Of a stretch of DNA of 64,000 nt, positions 46,832 through 56,256 are shown piece by piece; position 1 is the first letter of the stretch, and each line of letters opens with the position of its first letter. Source of the DNA: a virus (taxonomy: Duplodnaviria > Caudoviricetes); the IMG/VR virus record IMGVR_UViG_2862963355_000001, positions 4,660-68,659 of that record; one strand, written 5' to 3'. The position numbers and the translations under genes were made by a program. The notes under the pieces are model-generated. The model had not been told where the DNA came from and searched no databases. It saw only the letters and a program-made list of their open reading frames with translations.

Positions 46832-47737
46832 GTGACCAAGGATGAGCTGAAGGTAGGCGAGGTAGTAGCGCGGCGCGATCTGCACGCGCGCTTCGGCGGT
46901 ACCCCTCAAGGCGGCATCTCACCGTCGACCCAGTCTCAGATGGTGATGGTCTTCGTCACCGAGCGACCAAGCCCGAATGACATCACGGGGTGGGGGGAGG
47001 ACGGAACCTTCCACTTCTCGGGCGCCGGCATGCACGGCGACCAGGAGATGACACGGGGGAACCTGGCACTGCTGCGCCATAAGGAGCAGGGCCGCGCGGT
47101 GCACCTGTTCCACCAGCTCCGCAGGCATTCAGACGAACCAGGCCGGTTCTATCGCCACCTGGGCCGCTTCGAGGTCGACTCTGAGCAGCCGTACTACATC
47201 GCGGACGCACCGGACGCGAACGGCGACCTCCGGACTGTGATCGTCTTCCGGCTACGGCCGGTAGGAGCTACCGTCCCCGAGGGCCCCCGCTTGCCGGTCA
47301 CTCCGTTGACTGAAACACGCATCACCAAGGCACCCGAGATCACCGTTGCCCGTGTCCGCCGTCAGCCTCAGGAATCCCCGACCGACATCCTCCGACGCTT
47401 GACCGGGGACTACGCGAACCACCTGCACGGTCTCGGACGCGAGGTCGTCAGCGCACAGGTACGGGTGAAGGGCGAAACCAGAATTGCCCGCGTCGATCTT
47501 CTGGACGCCACCGAGAACAGACTCATCGAGGTGAAACACAACACCACCCGGCAGTCAGTTCGAAGTGCGATCGGCACCCTCATGGACTACCGCCGCTTCT
47601 TCCACCCGACCCCCACCCTCACGCTGCTCGTGCCCGCAGCTCCGAGAGAGGACCTGCTCGACCTCTGCGCGTCCCTGTGCATTGAGGTCGTATGGCCGAA
47701 CTATGGGGGTGAAGGCTTCACGTCGACCCATGACTAA
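46832..47737 (+). CDS. SRA-like domain plus PD-(D/E)XK nuclease; putative modification-dependent (type IV) restriction endonuclease
   Basis: N-terminal RFGGTPQGGI...GW..DG.FHFSGAG..GDQ...GNLAL; C-terminal VDLLD...LIEVK...AIGTLMDY. Confidence 0.65.
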   Translation: MTKDELKVGEVVARRDLHARFGGTPQGGISPSTQSQMVMVFVTERPSPNDITGWGEDGTFHFSGAGMHGDQEMTRGNLALLRHKEQGRAVHLFHQLRRHSDEPGRFYRHLGRFEVDSEQPYYIADAPDANGDLRTVIVFRLRPVGATVPEGPRLPVTPLTETRITKAPEITVARVRRQPQESPTDILRRLTGDYANHLHGLGREVVSAQVRVKGETRIARVDLLDATENRLIEVKHNTTRQSVRSAIGTLMDYRRFFHPTPTLTLLVPAAPREDLLDLCASLCIEVVWPNYGGEGFTSTHD

Positions 47738-47862
47738 CGGCTGAGGCAGTACGCGCACTGCAATGCGCCGCCGCCCCAGCCGCCGTCTGGTTACCACAGG
47801 GGTCCTAGTCGCTGTGAGTAACCGTGTGCCCTTGTCCAGCAAAGAACAGGAGCTACTCCATT

Positions 47863-48039
47863 ATGTGCGAAAACAACGCCGTCCCCGAAGTCAGCAACGG
47901 CCACGACGCCACCGCGGCCCGAATCTACGGGCTCGCCCTGGTGGCCGGCGCGCTGCTGATCGTCTTCGGGGACACCAGCCCGGTCGAAGCGTCGGGATTC
48001 GTGTCCCCGTTCCTGGTCATGTTCGAGCAGCGGCGATAG
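47863..48039 (+). CDS. Small membrane protein
   Basis: AGGAG RBS; IYGLALVAGALLIVFG TM segment. Confidence 0.55.
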   Translation: MCENNAVPEVSNGHDATAARIYGLALVAGALLIVFGDTSPVEASGFVSPFLVMFEQRR

Positions 48040-48045
48040 CTAGCC

Positions 48046-48077
48046 GGTGGCGGTCGCTCCAGGGGGACGACCGCCAC
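48046..48077. terminator. Hairpin between convergent genes
   Basis: GGTGGCGGTCG-N10-CGACCGCCACC. Confidence 0.65.
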
Positions 48078-48117
48078 CCTGCCCGAGGCAGATCACGCCG
48101 TCGGTTCACACCACGAA

Positions 48118-48498
48118 CTACGGCCTCTTCCCGGCGACCTCAGCCACAGCCTCGTCATAGCCGGGCATGCCCGGCGCCGGGAATGAGGAGCACGCGGAGA
48201 GGAAGCCGACTCGGTCGCCTGCGCTCTGCTCGTGCTCACCGAGCTGATCCCATCGGTCGGCACACTCCTTCTCGCTCGGGCTGGAGTAGGAAGGTGCTGC
48301 ACCGCTGGCGATCTTCTGGCGCTGCATGGCCAGCCCTTCGCGGCGCCCGAGCCGGTACGTCTCGCGTACTCGGTCAAGATGGGCGACGCGCTGCACCTCT
48401 TGGCTCGGCTTCTCAGCCTTGGACGAACAGCCCGTGAGGCACGCAGCGGCGATGGCTGCGGTGCACAGGGCTGTGGCCCAACTCCCCCTGATCCCCAT
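48118..48498 (-). CDS. Lipoprotein
   Basis: Signal peptide with an LTGC lipobox; two further Cys. Confidence 0.65.
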   Translation of the reverse strand: MGIRGSWATALCTAAIAAACLTGCSSKAEKPSQEVQRVAHLDRVRETYRLGRREGLAMQRQKIASGAAPSYSSPSEKECADRWDQLGEHEQSAGDRVGFLSACSSFPAPGMPGYDEAVAEVAGKRP

Positions 48499-49044
48499 GC
48501 CCGGAGGCTAGCAGCGCGGCAGCACCCAGTAGTCGTCCACAGCACAAGGCTGATTAGCCGCAGAGTTCGCGAAAGCTGCCACGATACGGAGGTGCAGTGC
48601 ATAGGGTCGGCTTGCTACTACTGTGGGTCACCCATCCCGCTCGCCCGTTCATGAGTTCGGGCATGTCCTCTACGCCTTAACGGTGAAGGGAGAGTGTGGT
48701 GGGAGAGCACGCCAAGCCGAAGCGGAGGCAGCTGACTGGCCGCCGAGTCTGGTTACTCATCCAGATCGCGGTCTGGCTGAGCAGCCACTTCGGCGACCAG
48801 TAGCCGGGCTGGGCATCGGCCGTTCTCGACTGGCATCTTGGCGGCCGGTGCCCGCATCTCGCGGGTGGTGCTCACTCCACAGGGGTCACCCCCTGGTGGG
48901 GTAGCCCCTGCCGAGCATAGCGGGATGACGCGTAAAACTTGCCTCCTGTGAAGAACACGTACTCACGTGAGTATGTGGCCGTCCACTGCGCGGCTATGGG
49001 CCGTTTCTTCATGGGGCCGTTTTACTGTCAGCAGGCCAGCCGAT

Positions 49045-50583
49045 TCAGCGGCGCCCGTCGAAGCGGTCGTCGTCGATGTCGGATGGCAGGGTGTCCAGTT
49101 GATCCGGGTCGGCTAGTTCGGTCAGCCCATGCACCGCGGCGTCCATCCGGTCCGGGCTATCCATTCCCTCGACCCAGGTGACCATCTGGTCCTCCAGTTC
49201 GCTGTATTCGCCGACGTGGTGGACGAGCTGCTGTTCGTAAAGCTGTGCCACCGGTGCCGCGCGCAGGCGCTTGCCCACCTTGGCAGTGACTTCCAGGATC
49301 ATCGGCATGAGCAGTCCCTTGGTGACGCCTTCGCGGCGTAGTTGCTCCCATGCCTGCGTGACGATCTGGCGGGCCATGTCCCCGCCGTAGTTCTTCTCCA
49401 CCACGATGGCGTCGGCCTTGAGTTCGAGGGCGAGTCGGCAGGCGGCAAGGCCCCAGTCGTTGGCGCCCATGGAGCCTGACCGGTCGGCGAGGACGTAGAG
49501 CTGCCGGTCGAAGTCCCGGCCCACGCCGATGACGCCGGTCTCGTCGCCGACGGTGGACTCTCCGCCGGCGGGGTCGACTGCCACGACGATGCGCGCCATG
49601 TCGATGCCGGAGAACTGGACGGCGTTGATGCGGGCGGTGTCGATCCACCCGCGCTTCCACACGCCTCCCTCGGCCGGGCGGGGCTTTTGCATGTAGAGGG
49701 CGCCCCAGACCCGTTCGCCGACACGCTTACGGGTTCGGGCGTGGTGGGCTGCGTCGAATCGCTGGGGCCACAGCGGCTCGCCGGGTGCCCGGCCGAGCGG
49801 GTCATCGGGGCTGTCGGCAAGGGCCGGGAGGTCGATGACGCGCCATGCGTCTCGCTCGGTGGCGAGGATGCGCCCGGCGAGATCGTCCTCGTGCCAGCGC
49901 GTCTGGATCAGGCAGATGGCTCCGGTGGGTTCGAGTCGGGTCTGTATTACGGAGGTCCACCAGTCCCAGGCGCGTTTGCGCATGGTCGGCGAGTCCGCAT
50001 CGGCCATGTCCTTGACCGGGTCGTCCACGATGGCGATGTGGGCGCCGCGTCCGGTGAGGCCGCCTCCGATGCCCGCAGCGAGGAGCCCGCCTTCGCCGCC
50101 GACGATGTCGAAGCGGTTGGCGGCCTTGCTGCCGGCCGCGAGCTGGATGCCGAGGTCGTCGCCCCAGGTGTAGATGGCGTCCCTGATCCATCGGCCGTGG
50201 TCGTCGGCCAGGTCGGCGGAGTAGCTGGCGATCATCATGCGGTGGCCGGGGTTGCGCCTCAGGTACCAGAGCGGAGCCCAGCGGGAGGCGCGTCGGCTCT
50301 TGCCGTGCCGCGGGGGCATCGTGAGCATGACCCGGTCGCACCGCCCCTCGGCCATGTCGATGAACGCGCGGTCGATCAGGTCCAGGTGCGGTGCCTGCAT
50401 CTCTCGCCCGCCGGTGAGGACGGCGGCGAGCGCGCCTGGCGAGCGGTCCATGGCCAACTGACGCTCCGCGCGTGCCAGCTCGGCCCGTAGCGTCGGGGAG
50501 GCGGACCGGGCGATGGCACGGCGTTGGGCTGGCGGCAGCGTCTTGTAGTGGGCGATGACGCTCTCGTTGTCCCGGGGCCTCAT
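49045..50583 (-). CDS. terL: Terminase large subunit
   Basis: PPRHGKS Walker A, IVDDP Walker B, VDPA nuclease motif, PDRMDA. Confidence 0.95.
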   Translation of the reverse strand: MRPRDNESVIAHYKTLPPAQRRAIARSASPTLRAELARAERQLAMDRSPGALAAVLTGGREMQAPHLDLIDRAFIDMAEGRCDRVMLTMPPRHGKSRRASRWAPLWYLRRNPGHRMMIASYSADLADDHGRWIRDAIYTWGDDLGIQLAAGSKAANRFDIVGGEGGLLAAGIGGGLTGRGAHIAIVDDPVKDMADADSPTMRKRAWDWWTSVIQTRLEPTGAICLIQTRWHEDDLAGRILATERDAWRVIDLPALADSPDDPLGRAPGEPLWPQRFDAAHHARTRKRVGERVWGALYMQKPRPAEGGVWKRGWIDTARINAVQFSGIDMARIVVAVDPAGGESTVGDETGVIGVGRDFDRQLYVLADRSGSMGANDWGLAACRLALELKADAIVVEKNYGGDMARQIVTQAWEQLRREGVTKGLLMPMILEVTAKVGKRLRAAPVAQLYEQQLVHHVGEYSELEDQMVTWVEGMDSPDRMDAAVHGLTELADPDQLDTLPSDIDDDRFDGRR

Positions 50584-51131
50584 TCGGCGTCCGGGTCGGT
50601 CAGGGCGATCAGCGCGTCGAGTTCGTCGGCGGTGACGTTCTCGATCTGCACCGGCCCGCCGTCGGGGCCGGACAGCTCCGTCCTGACGGGCATGTCGAGG
50701 CCGAGCAGGCGGGCGCGCCGCTCCATGATCCGCAGGGTTCGGTCGATGGCCGCGAGATCCTGGTCCCGGACGGCCTTCTTGTAGGCGACGAAGAACAGCC
50801 GGTCGAGCCGGTCGGCTTCAAGCTCGCGCAGCTCGTCAACGTCGTCGTTTAGCTCGGCGCGGCGGTCGGCGAGTGCTGTGCGGACGTCCCGGCAGGCGGC
50901 GTGGATCAGGGCCTCGTCGGTGGGCGGGTCCTGGTTCTTGCGGTACCGCTCGATGCCGTAGCCCTGGGGGTAGGCGATGCCGTCAGAGTTCGCGGTCGGG
51001 TCGGCAGCCAGCTTGCGGGCGATCGTCAGCCAGTCCACGCCGGCGAGTCGTAGGTCGATGGCGTCCGAGCGGCGGCGCGCGATGGCCGCACGCGCGGCTT
51101 TGTCGGGGCGTCCCACGGCGGGGTCCTCCAC
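50580..51131 (-). CDS. Terminase small subunit-like HTH protein
   Basis: Coupled upstream of TerL; LRIMERRARLLGLD...ELSGPDGGP. Confidence 0.75.
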   Translation of the reverse strand: MEDPAVGRPDKAARAAIARRRSDAIDLRLAGVDWLTIARKLAADPTANSDGIAYPQGYGIERYRKNQDPPTDEALIHAACRDVRTALADRRAELNDDVDELRELEADRLDRLFFVAYKKAVRDQDLAAIDRTLRIMERRARLLGLDMPVRTELSGPDGGPVQIENVTADELDALIALTDPDAE

Positions 51132-51549
51132 AGCTCGGGTGCGCCCCCGCGCCCGTCACCATGATCGCACTTGGCATCAGTTGCGGGACTCCCCCGTACG
51201 CTCTGCTGCAGTTCGCGCGGACTCCCGCCAACTCGCCCCGGATTGGGTACAGTTCTGTACGCAGCGGGGTCTGAGCCATCAGGTCCCCGCTGTCTACGAT
51301 GACAAGTGCGTTTGCCGGGAGCCTGGAACCGACGTCCCAGGTAGGCCGGGGCTTGCCGCCCAGGCCGTGTTCCGCACAGAGCGATGCTGTAAGGAGAGCC
51401 CGTCTCAGGTTGCGCTAGCACCGCACCATCTGAGTTCTGAGCGTCGGCAGGACCTCAGCTGACCACACGCATGTGCGTGGTGGTCGAGCTGAGGTCTGCC
51501 TATCGGCCACCTTGGTTCGACCGCCCGACAGGGAATGGGATTTGAACCG

Positions 51550-51714
51550 GTGGACTCCGCCATCCTGTGGCTTCTTGGCGCCTCGGGTGTACTGGCCGTG
51601 GCCTTGTTCGTGATCAAGGGACTCCTCGACCAGGTGCCCGACATCGCCGAGTCTTGGCATCGAGCCAAGCACGCTGTCCGCGGTCAGGACAGGTCCGACG
51701 GCGACGATTCGTGA
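51550..51714 (+). CDS. Small single-TM protein (54 aa)
   Basis: Manual ORF MDSAILWLLGASGVLAVALFVIKGLLDQVPD...; opposite strand to the operon. Confidence 0.45.
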   Translation: MDSAILWLLGASGVLAVALFVIKGLLDQVPDIAESWHRAKHAVRGQDRSDGDDS

Positions 51715-51753
51715 TGCCGGGGGCGGGTCGTTGGCACCCCAGCGCCCCGTTCC

Positions 51754-52266
51754 TCAGATCAGCGACATCTGCTCACCCTCTTCGGGCTTCTGGGGGCGTA
51801 CATACTCAGGCGGCGCGTCGGGCGCATCGCGCTCGGTGCGCAGCCACCAAGCGAACTGGTAGTTGCGGCAGGTGCGAAAGCGGACCGAGTTCCGACGCGG
51901 CTCTTCCGCAGGAATGCTGTGCTCGCCCCATCCAGTGATGGGGCGAGCATTACCGAGGCGCACGTGCAGACCCGGCACAAGGGCGGGCCCCTCCCACTCT
52001 TCTCCGGGTGCGCCTTCGAATGCCAGGTGGGCGTTCTGGCTCCAGTTCCAGGGGTTGGGCAGCGCGCACAGGTACCAGGCCAGCGGCGGGTTGTTCGGCG
52101 GGAGTTCAACGGTCTGGTGCCGGCGACGGACATCCACTCGGGGACGCTCGGGCTGGCCGAAGCTGCGCAGGCAGTGCTGGTCGAGAGCTACGTGCCGCAC
52201 GCCGGCCAGCCACATGATGTGGTACCGACTTCGCGATTCAATTTGGACCTGTATTCGCTGCAACAC
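51754..52266 (-). CDS. Unknown Trp/His/Cys-rich protein in the ParB-methyltransferase cassette
   Basis: 170-aa ORF starting 19 nt after the ParB-MTase stop. Confidence 0.65.
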   Translation of the reverse strand: MLQRIQVQIESRSRYHIMWLAGVRHVALDQHCLRSFGQPERPRVDVRRRHQTVELPPNNPPLAWYLCALPNPWNWSQNAHLAFEGAPGEEWEGPALVPGLHVRLGNARPITGWGEHSIPAEEPRRNSVRFRTCRNYQFAWWLRTERDAPDAPPEYVRPQKPEEGEQMSLI

Positions 52267-52284
52267 GCGCTCCCCACACTCTTC

Positions 52285-53730
52285 TCAATTGGCGAGAGAT
52301 TCATTTCTCTCTACTACCAATTTTATCAAATTTCCCACCAATTCCAGATGCCTGTCATGGCGGAAGCCATTCGGATAAGGCATATTGAATTCCTCTTCGA
52401 ATGCCTTCTCGTATTCCTCTTTGGGGAGCGGGATCGGGCGGCGACATGTGGCTTTGAGGTTGGACCCGCTGAGGTCGCTGACCTGCACGTCCTTGAAGTA
52501 CCGGCGGAGCAGCGGCTCCAGCGTTTCAGGCGTGTGGAAGCGGAGCTTCTGCCACTTCCCCTTGACGAAGTTCATCTCCACGTTGTCTTCGTCGAGGAAG
52601 CTCATCTTCGTCGTCGCCGTCTGGGAGGTGACGCGTTTGGCCTGCTCGTCGCGCAGTTCGCGGGCCAGGTTGCGCGTGCCGAGGCACACCACTCCGTCGG
52701 CGGCGCACAGAGCGTTGACCGTGGTCATGACCCAGTGCTGGTAGTCGAGCGAGGTGGTGGCGTTGATGACGGAGTCGAGGACGACGACGTCGTACAGGCC
52801 GTTCGCCTGGATGTCCTTGTCGATGTCGCGGATCATGCCGACGACGGCCCGGATGTCGACGGCGTACGAGCCGTCCCGGCAGCGGTAGGGCTCGTAGTCG
52901 TGGATGTTGAAGCCCTTTGCGCGCAGGTGCTTGGCGTAGTCGCCGTATCCGGCGCCGAAGTCCACGACGCGGTGCGTGGGCTTCAGCCAAGGGGTGACGA
53001 GCTGGTCCCATGTTTCGGAGCCGTAGGCGAGCTTCCCCGCCTTGGCCTTGGAGGAGAACTGCCTGAGCCTCTTGGGCTGGACGATGTGCTGGTTCCAGAC
53101 GGGTGCCTTGTTCTCGATGGCGGTCCAGTCGTAGACGCCGTACTCACCAGTGAGATCGGCGTGGAGCTGGGCGGCGTCGGCGGAGGACACAGTCCAGGCA
53201 AGGACGTCGAAGCGCGAGAACGAGGCGACGACGGCGTACTCGGCGTTGAGGACGATGCGGCCCTGGTCATCGATGACGACGCTGCCCCAGGGGCCATGGC
53301 CGGCGGTCATATGGCCGATGGCGTTGACGAAGGAGAGGTTCTTGCGTTCGGTGACGCGGATGGATTGCCACGGTATCCAGGACCAGGCGCCGATCTCGCC
53401 GGGCTCGGCGTAGACGACGCTGGCCTCGGTCTCCACGCGGTTGTGGAGGAGGTTGAATTGGATCTCGTCCTGCAACCTGACCTTGGTGCCGAGCATGACT
53501 GCGGGGGTGTGGGTGAGGCCGATGGCCTTGAGTCCCTTGGTCCTCTGGTGACCTGCGACAAGGGTGCCGTCCGCGTTGAGGATGACCGGCTTGACGACGC
53601 CGTGGCGGCGCAGCGATGCCTGGAGCCGGACGAAGGCCGTCTCGCTGAGGCGGCGCGGGTTGTAGTCGGCGGGGCGCAGTTGGTCGAGCGGGTACGCCTC
53701 GTGGAAGGTGGTGGTGGGTGCCTTGCTCAT
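52285..53730 (-). CDS. ParB/Srx-fold (duplicated) fused to a class I SAM-dependent methyltransferase
   Basis: YNPR...VAGHQR ParB_N; degenerate second repeat; VVDFGAGYG SAM motif, YDVVVLDSVIN. Confidence 0.8.
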   Translation of the reverse strand: MSKAPTTTFHEAYPLDQLRPADYNPRRLSETAFVRLQASLRRHGVVKPVILNADGTLVAGHQRTKGLKAIGLTHTPAVMLGTKVRLQDEIQFNLLHNRVETEASVVYAEPGEIGAWSWIPWQSIRVTERKNLSFVNAIGHMTAGHGPWGSVVIDDQGRIVLNAEYAVVASFSRFDVLAWTVSSADAAQLHADLTGEYGVYDWTAIENKAPVWNQHIVQPKRLRQFSSKAKAGKLAYGSETWDQLVTPWLKPTHRVVDFGAGYGDYAKHLRAKGFNIHDYEPYRCRDGSYAVDIRAVVGMIRDIDKDIQANGLYDVVVLDSVINATTSLDYQHWVMTTVNALCAADGVVCLGTRNLARELRDEQAKRVTSQTATTKMSFLDEDNVEMNFVKGKWQKLRFHTPETLEPLLRRYFKDVQVSDLSGSNLKATCRRPIPLPKEEYEKAFEEEFNMPYPNGFRHDRHLELVGNLIKLVVERNESLAN

Positions 53731-54389
53731 GCGGGTTCGCCCTCCTGGTGGGCTTCCTGAAGGACGTGCCAGCCGAAGCCGAGGTCACTGTTGGTGTCGT
53801 CGACGAACTTCGTGTAGATGGCGTTGAGGGCTTCGACTTCTTCGGAGGTGATCCGCACTCGCTTGGACTCCCACTGGAGGTAGCCCCACTGGAGGTAGTC
53901 GACCGTGGCGGCAGCTCCGGTGCCCGCGCCGTCCGATGTCAGCTCCAGTGTCTCGGGGAGTGAGGTGTCGTCCAGGAGTCGGTCGACGCTCTCGCGGTCG
54001 TATCCCGTACCCGCGAGGTCGGGGATCTCGGAGAGGACTTCGGCGAGCAGGGCGCTGTCGTACCCGGCGAGGTCGTTGGTCCGGTTGTCGACGATGACGA
54101 TGCGGGCAGCCGCATCGTCATCGACATCGACCCAGGTGACGGCGATCTGGTTCCAGCCGAGCTGCTGGGCAGCGGCGTGTGTGTGGTTGCCTGCCAGGAT
54201 CTCGTTGAGCCGGCCGGTGAACGTGCCCTTGTTGACGACGATGGCCCTGTACTGGCCGTTGACGGTCAGCGATTCCGCGATGGAGGGGATGTCGCCGCTG
54301 CGGGGGTTTCGGTGGTACGGCGTGAGATCCCCGATGGGGACGGCGAGCGGCAGGAGCTGTTCGGGGATATTGGCGGGCGTCGGGGTCAC
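53727..54389 (-). CDS. ParB/Srx N-terminal domain protein
   Basis: NPRSGD..IAESL..NGQYRAIVV...ILAGNHT..AA..LGW; ATGA-coupled to the next gene. Confidence 0.85.
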   Translation of the reverse strand: MTPTPANIPEQLLPLAVPIGDLTPYHRNPRSGDIPSIAESLTVNGQYRAIVVNKGTFTGRLNEILAGNHTHAAAQQLGWNQIAVTWVDVDDDAAARIVIVDNRTNDLAGYDSALLAEVLSEIPDLAGTGYDRESVDRLLDDTSLPETLELTSDGAGTGAAATVDYLQWGYLQWESKRVRITSEEVEALNAIYTKFVDDTNSDLGFGWHVLQEAHQEGEPA

Positions 54390-54481
54390 GGGGCGTCCCT
54401 TGTGTAGGCCGTTCCCCGCGCCCTACGACATCAGCCTATGGGATCTCGTCTGCCCGAGGCTCCGCGACTGGCGATGTCCCT

Positions 54482-54655
54482 TTACCCGCGACCTGAGCGG
54501 TTCGACCCGGCCCCGGCCGTCGCAAGCTTCTCCTGTTGGGCAGCGAGCCGCTCCCGCAGTCGCTCAAGCTCGGCCTCTGAGGCACCGAGCTGCGCCTTGT
54601 ACTTGATGTACTCCGGATCTACCTCGTCGACCGGAGGAAGGTCAACTCTACGCAT
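54482..54655 (-). CDS. Small coiled-coil protein (57 aa)
   Basis: Manual ORF MRRVDLPPVDEVDPEYIKYKAQLGASEAELERLRERLAAQQEKL...; overlaps the upstream stop. Confidence 0.45.
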   Translation of the reverse strand: MRRVDLPPVDEVDPEYIKYKAQLGASEAELERLRERLAAQQEKLATAGAGSNRSGRG

Positions 54656-55562
54656 CTCGCCCTCCTCGACGCACGAGTTCCTGGATGTGACCAGCTGCAG
54701 TGTTCAATGCACCTGCAATCGGACCATTGAGATCAACATCAACTGGCCGCCCGCGGCGCGGCCTGACGTCTGCCGAGAGTACACCGACAACGTGGCGGTT
54801 TCTAGGATCTCGAATGGGCCAGGTCACGAGGTAATGATAGTGCTCGACATCCCGGAACTCGCTTAGAGTCATCCTCCATCGCTCATTGTTATCAATGCGG
54901 TTCCACAGCCAGGAATCGACCCTGGCGCGCCAGCGCGTCGACCCCGTGATCTTTCTCCCCCGGGAAGATCGCGCGAACCACTGGCCCATCGGAGATTTCA
55001 CAATTCTCCCTATTCTCGACTTGGGGTCAACAACCCCTGCGGCCCGCTTCGATTCCCAGTCCACACGCAGGTCGGCACAGATCTGCTGCCAATTTTCAGC
55101 AAGTGCTTCCTTCCTCGCCCAAGTGGTCCCTATCGGCCCGTGATCGTAGCGATAAAATGCTGCACCCAAATTTTGATCATCTCGATCAATGCCAATGAAT
55201 GAAACCGGACGAAGGCGGGCTCTAAGCCAAGTTGGCCATCGGCTTGCCACGTGCACGAAGACGCCAGATCTGCGCCAGTCGGCATTCGCATGCTCCACTA
55301 GCCCAAGGAGCACGACCCCCATCTCCTGCCGCATTCGCGCATCTCTTTGGCGAGCCTCCCGCACTCTCTTTGCAAGCCCCATCTGCCGCCAGAAGGGTTC
55401 AAAAGCTGTAGCCGCCAACCCGAGAGCAAGCGTCACCATGAGAATCGCTTGGTGCTGTGGCCACCAGCCCTCTGGGTAATTCGCAAGCGCCAGCATTCCG
55501 GCACTCAGGAAAACACCCACCAGAATGTTCTTGACTGCGGTATACGACACCAGAGAATTCAC
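54648..55562 (-). CDS. Two-TM membrane protein with a soluble GAF-like C-terminal region (moron)
   Basis: Two N-terminal TMs; GPIGTTW...LVTWPI...VGVLSAD GAF-like pattern; visibly AT-richer DNA. Confidence 0.55.
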   Translation of the reverse strand: MNSLVSYTAVKNILVGVFLSAGMLALANYPEGWWPQHQAILMVTLALGLAATAFEPFWRQMGLAKRVREARQRDARMRQEMGVVLLGLVEHANADWRRSGVFVHVASRWPTWLRARLRPVSFIGIDRDDQNLGAAFYRYDHGPIGTTWARKEALAENWQQICADLRVDWESKRAAGVVDPKSRIGRIVKSPMGQWFARSSRGRKITGSTRWRARVDSWLWNRIDNNERWRMTLSEFRDVEHYHYLVTWPIRDPRNRHVVGVLSADVRPRRGRPVDVDLNGPIAGALNTAAGHIQELVRRGGRDA

Positions 55563-55815
55563 CTCCAGCGACGCAAGGGTGGGACCACAACAACACCCTT
55601 CGCCTCAATGCCTACTGTAACGCAGGCTACATTGGCCGCATCTCCAGAAGATCCCCGGGACGGGCCGGTACACAGGAAGGAGACAGGAGGAGATTAGCGG
55701 TTATTGCAGCCGCAGATTCCGGTTGGTTGACACCATGCCTCACAAGCACCGCACCACTCGGCTCCCGGCACGGGCACAACACGGCGGTCCGCACTCTCTG
55801 ACCCCTGGCTTTCTG

Positions 55816-56025
55816 TCATGCCGATGCTCTCCTCAGTCTTTTGGGTGCCATGGCCGCTTCGATCTCCGCGCAATGTCGCTCCGCTTCGAGATCCGGCCCT
55901 CGTCGAACCTTGAGGTCGGGGTCGCGTTCGATGAGGGCGTTGATCGGCGGGCCGTCACGCTCGACGAGGAGGCGCAGGTACAGCTCGCGGTCCGCTGGAT
56001 CCCCTTTGAAGTCCTCTGCGTTCAT
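55816..56025 (-). CDS. Small hypothetical protein
   Basis: AGGAG RBS; MNAEDFKGDP... Confidence 0.5.
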   Translation of the reverse strand: MNAEDFKGDPADRELYLRLLVERDGPPINALIERDPDLKVRRGPDLEAERHCAEIEAAMAPKRLRRASA

Positions 56026-56256
56026 GGCGCTCCTGAGTGCACGGGGACCCGCCCCCGTGGGCGAGGGCGGGTCCGGGCGTGATCGTGGACGTGGCGGCAT
56101 CCCGGGTGGCTTCACGTCGGCGCGGAGCCGGTGCCTGGCGGGTAGGGCGCGGGGGATTGGCCACCCGCCAGGCACCGAAGGGGATGCCGCATGCCACGGC
56201 ATGTTGGTGGGCCGGTTCCTCGGCTGCGGCCGTTCCCTCCAACGAGATAGACCGTA

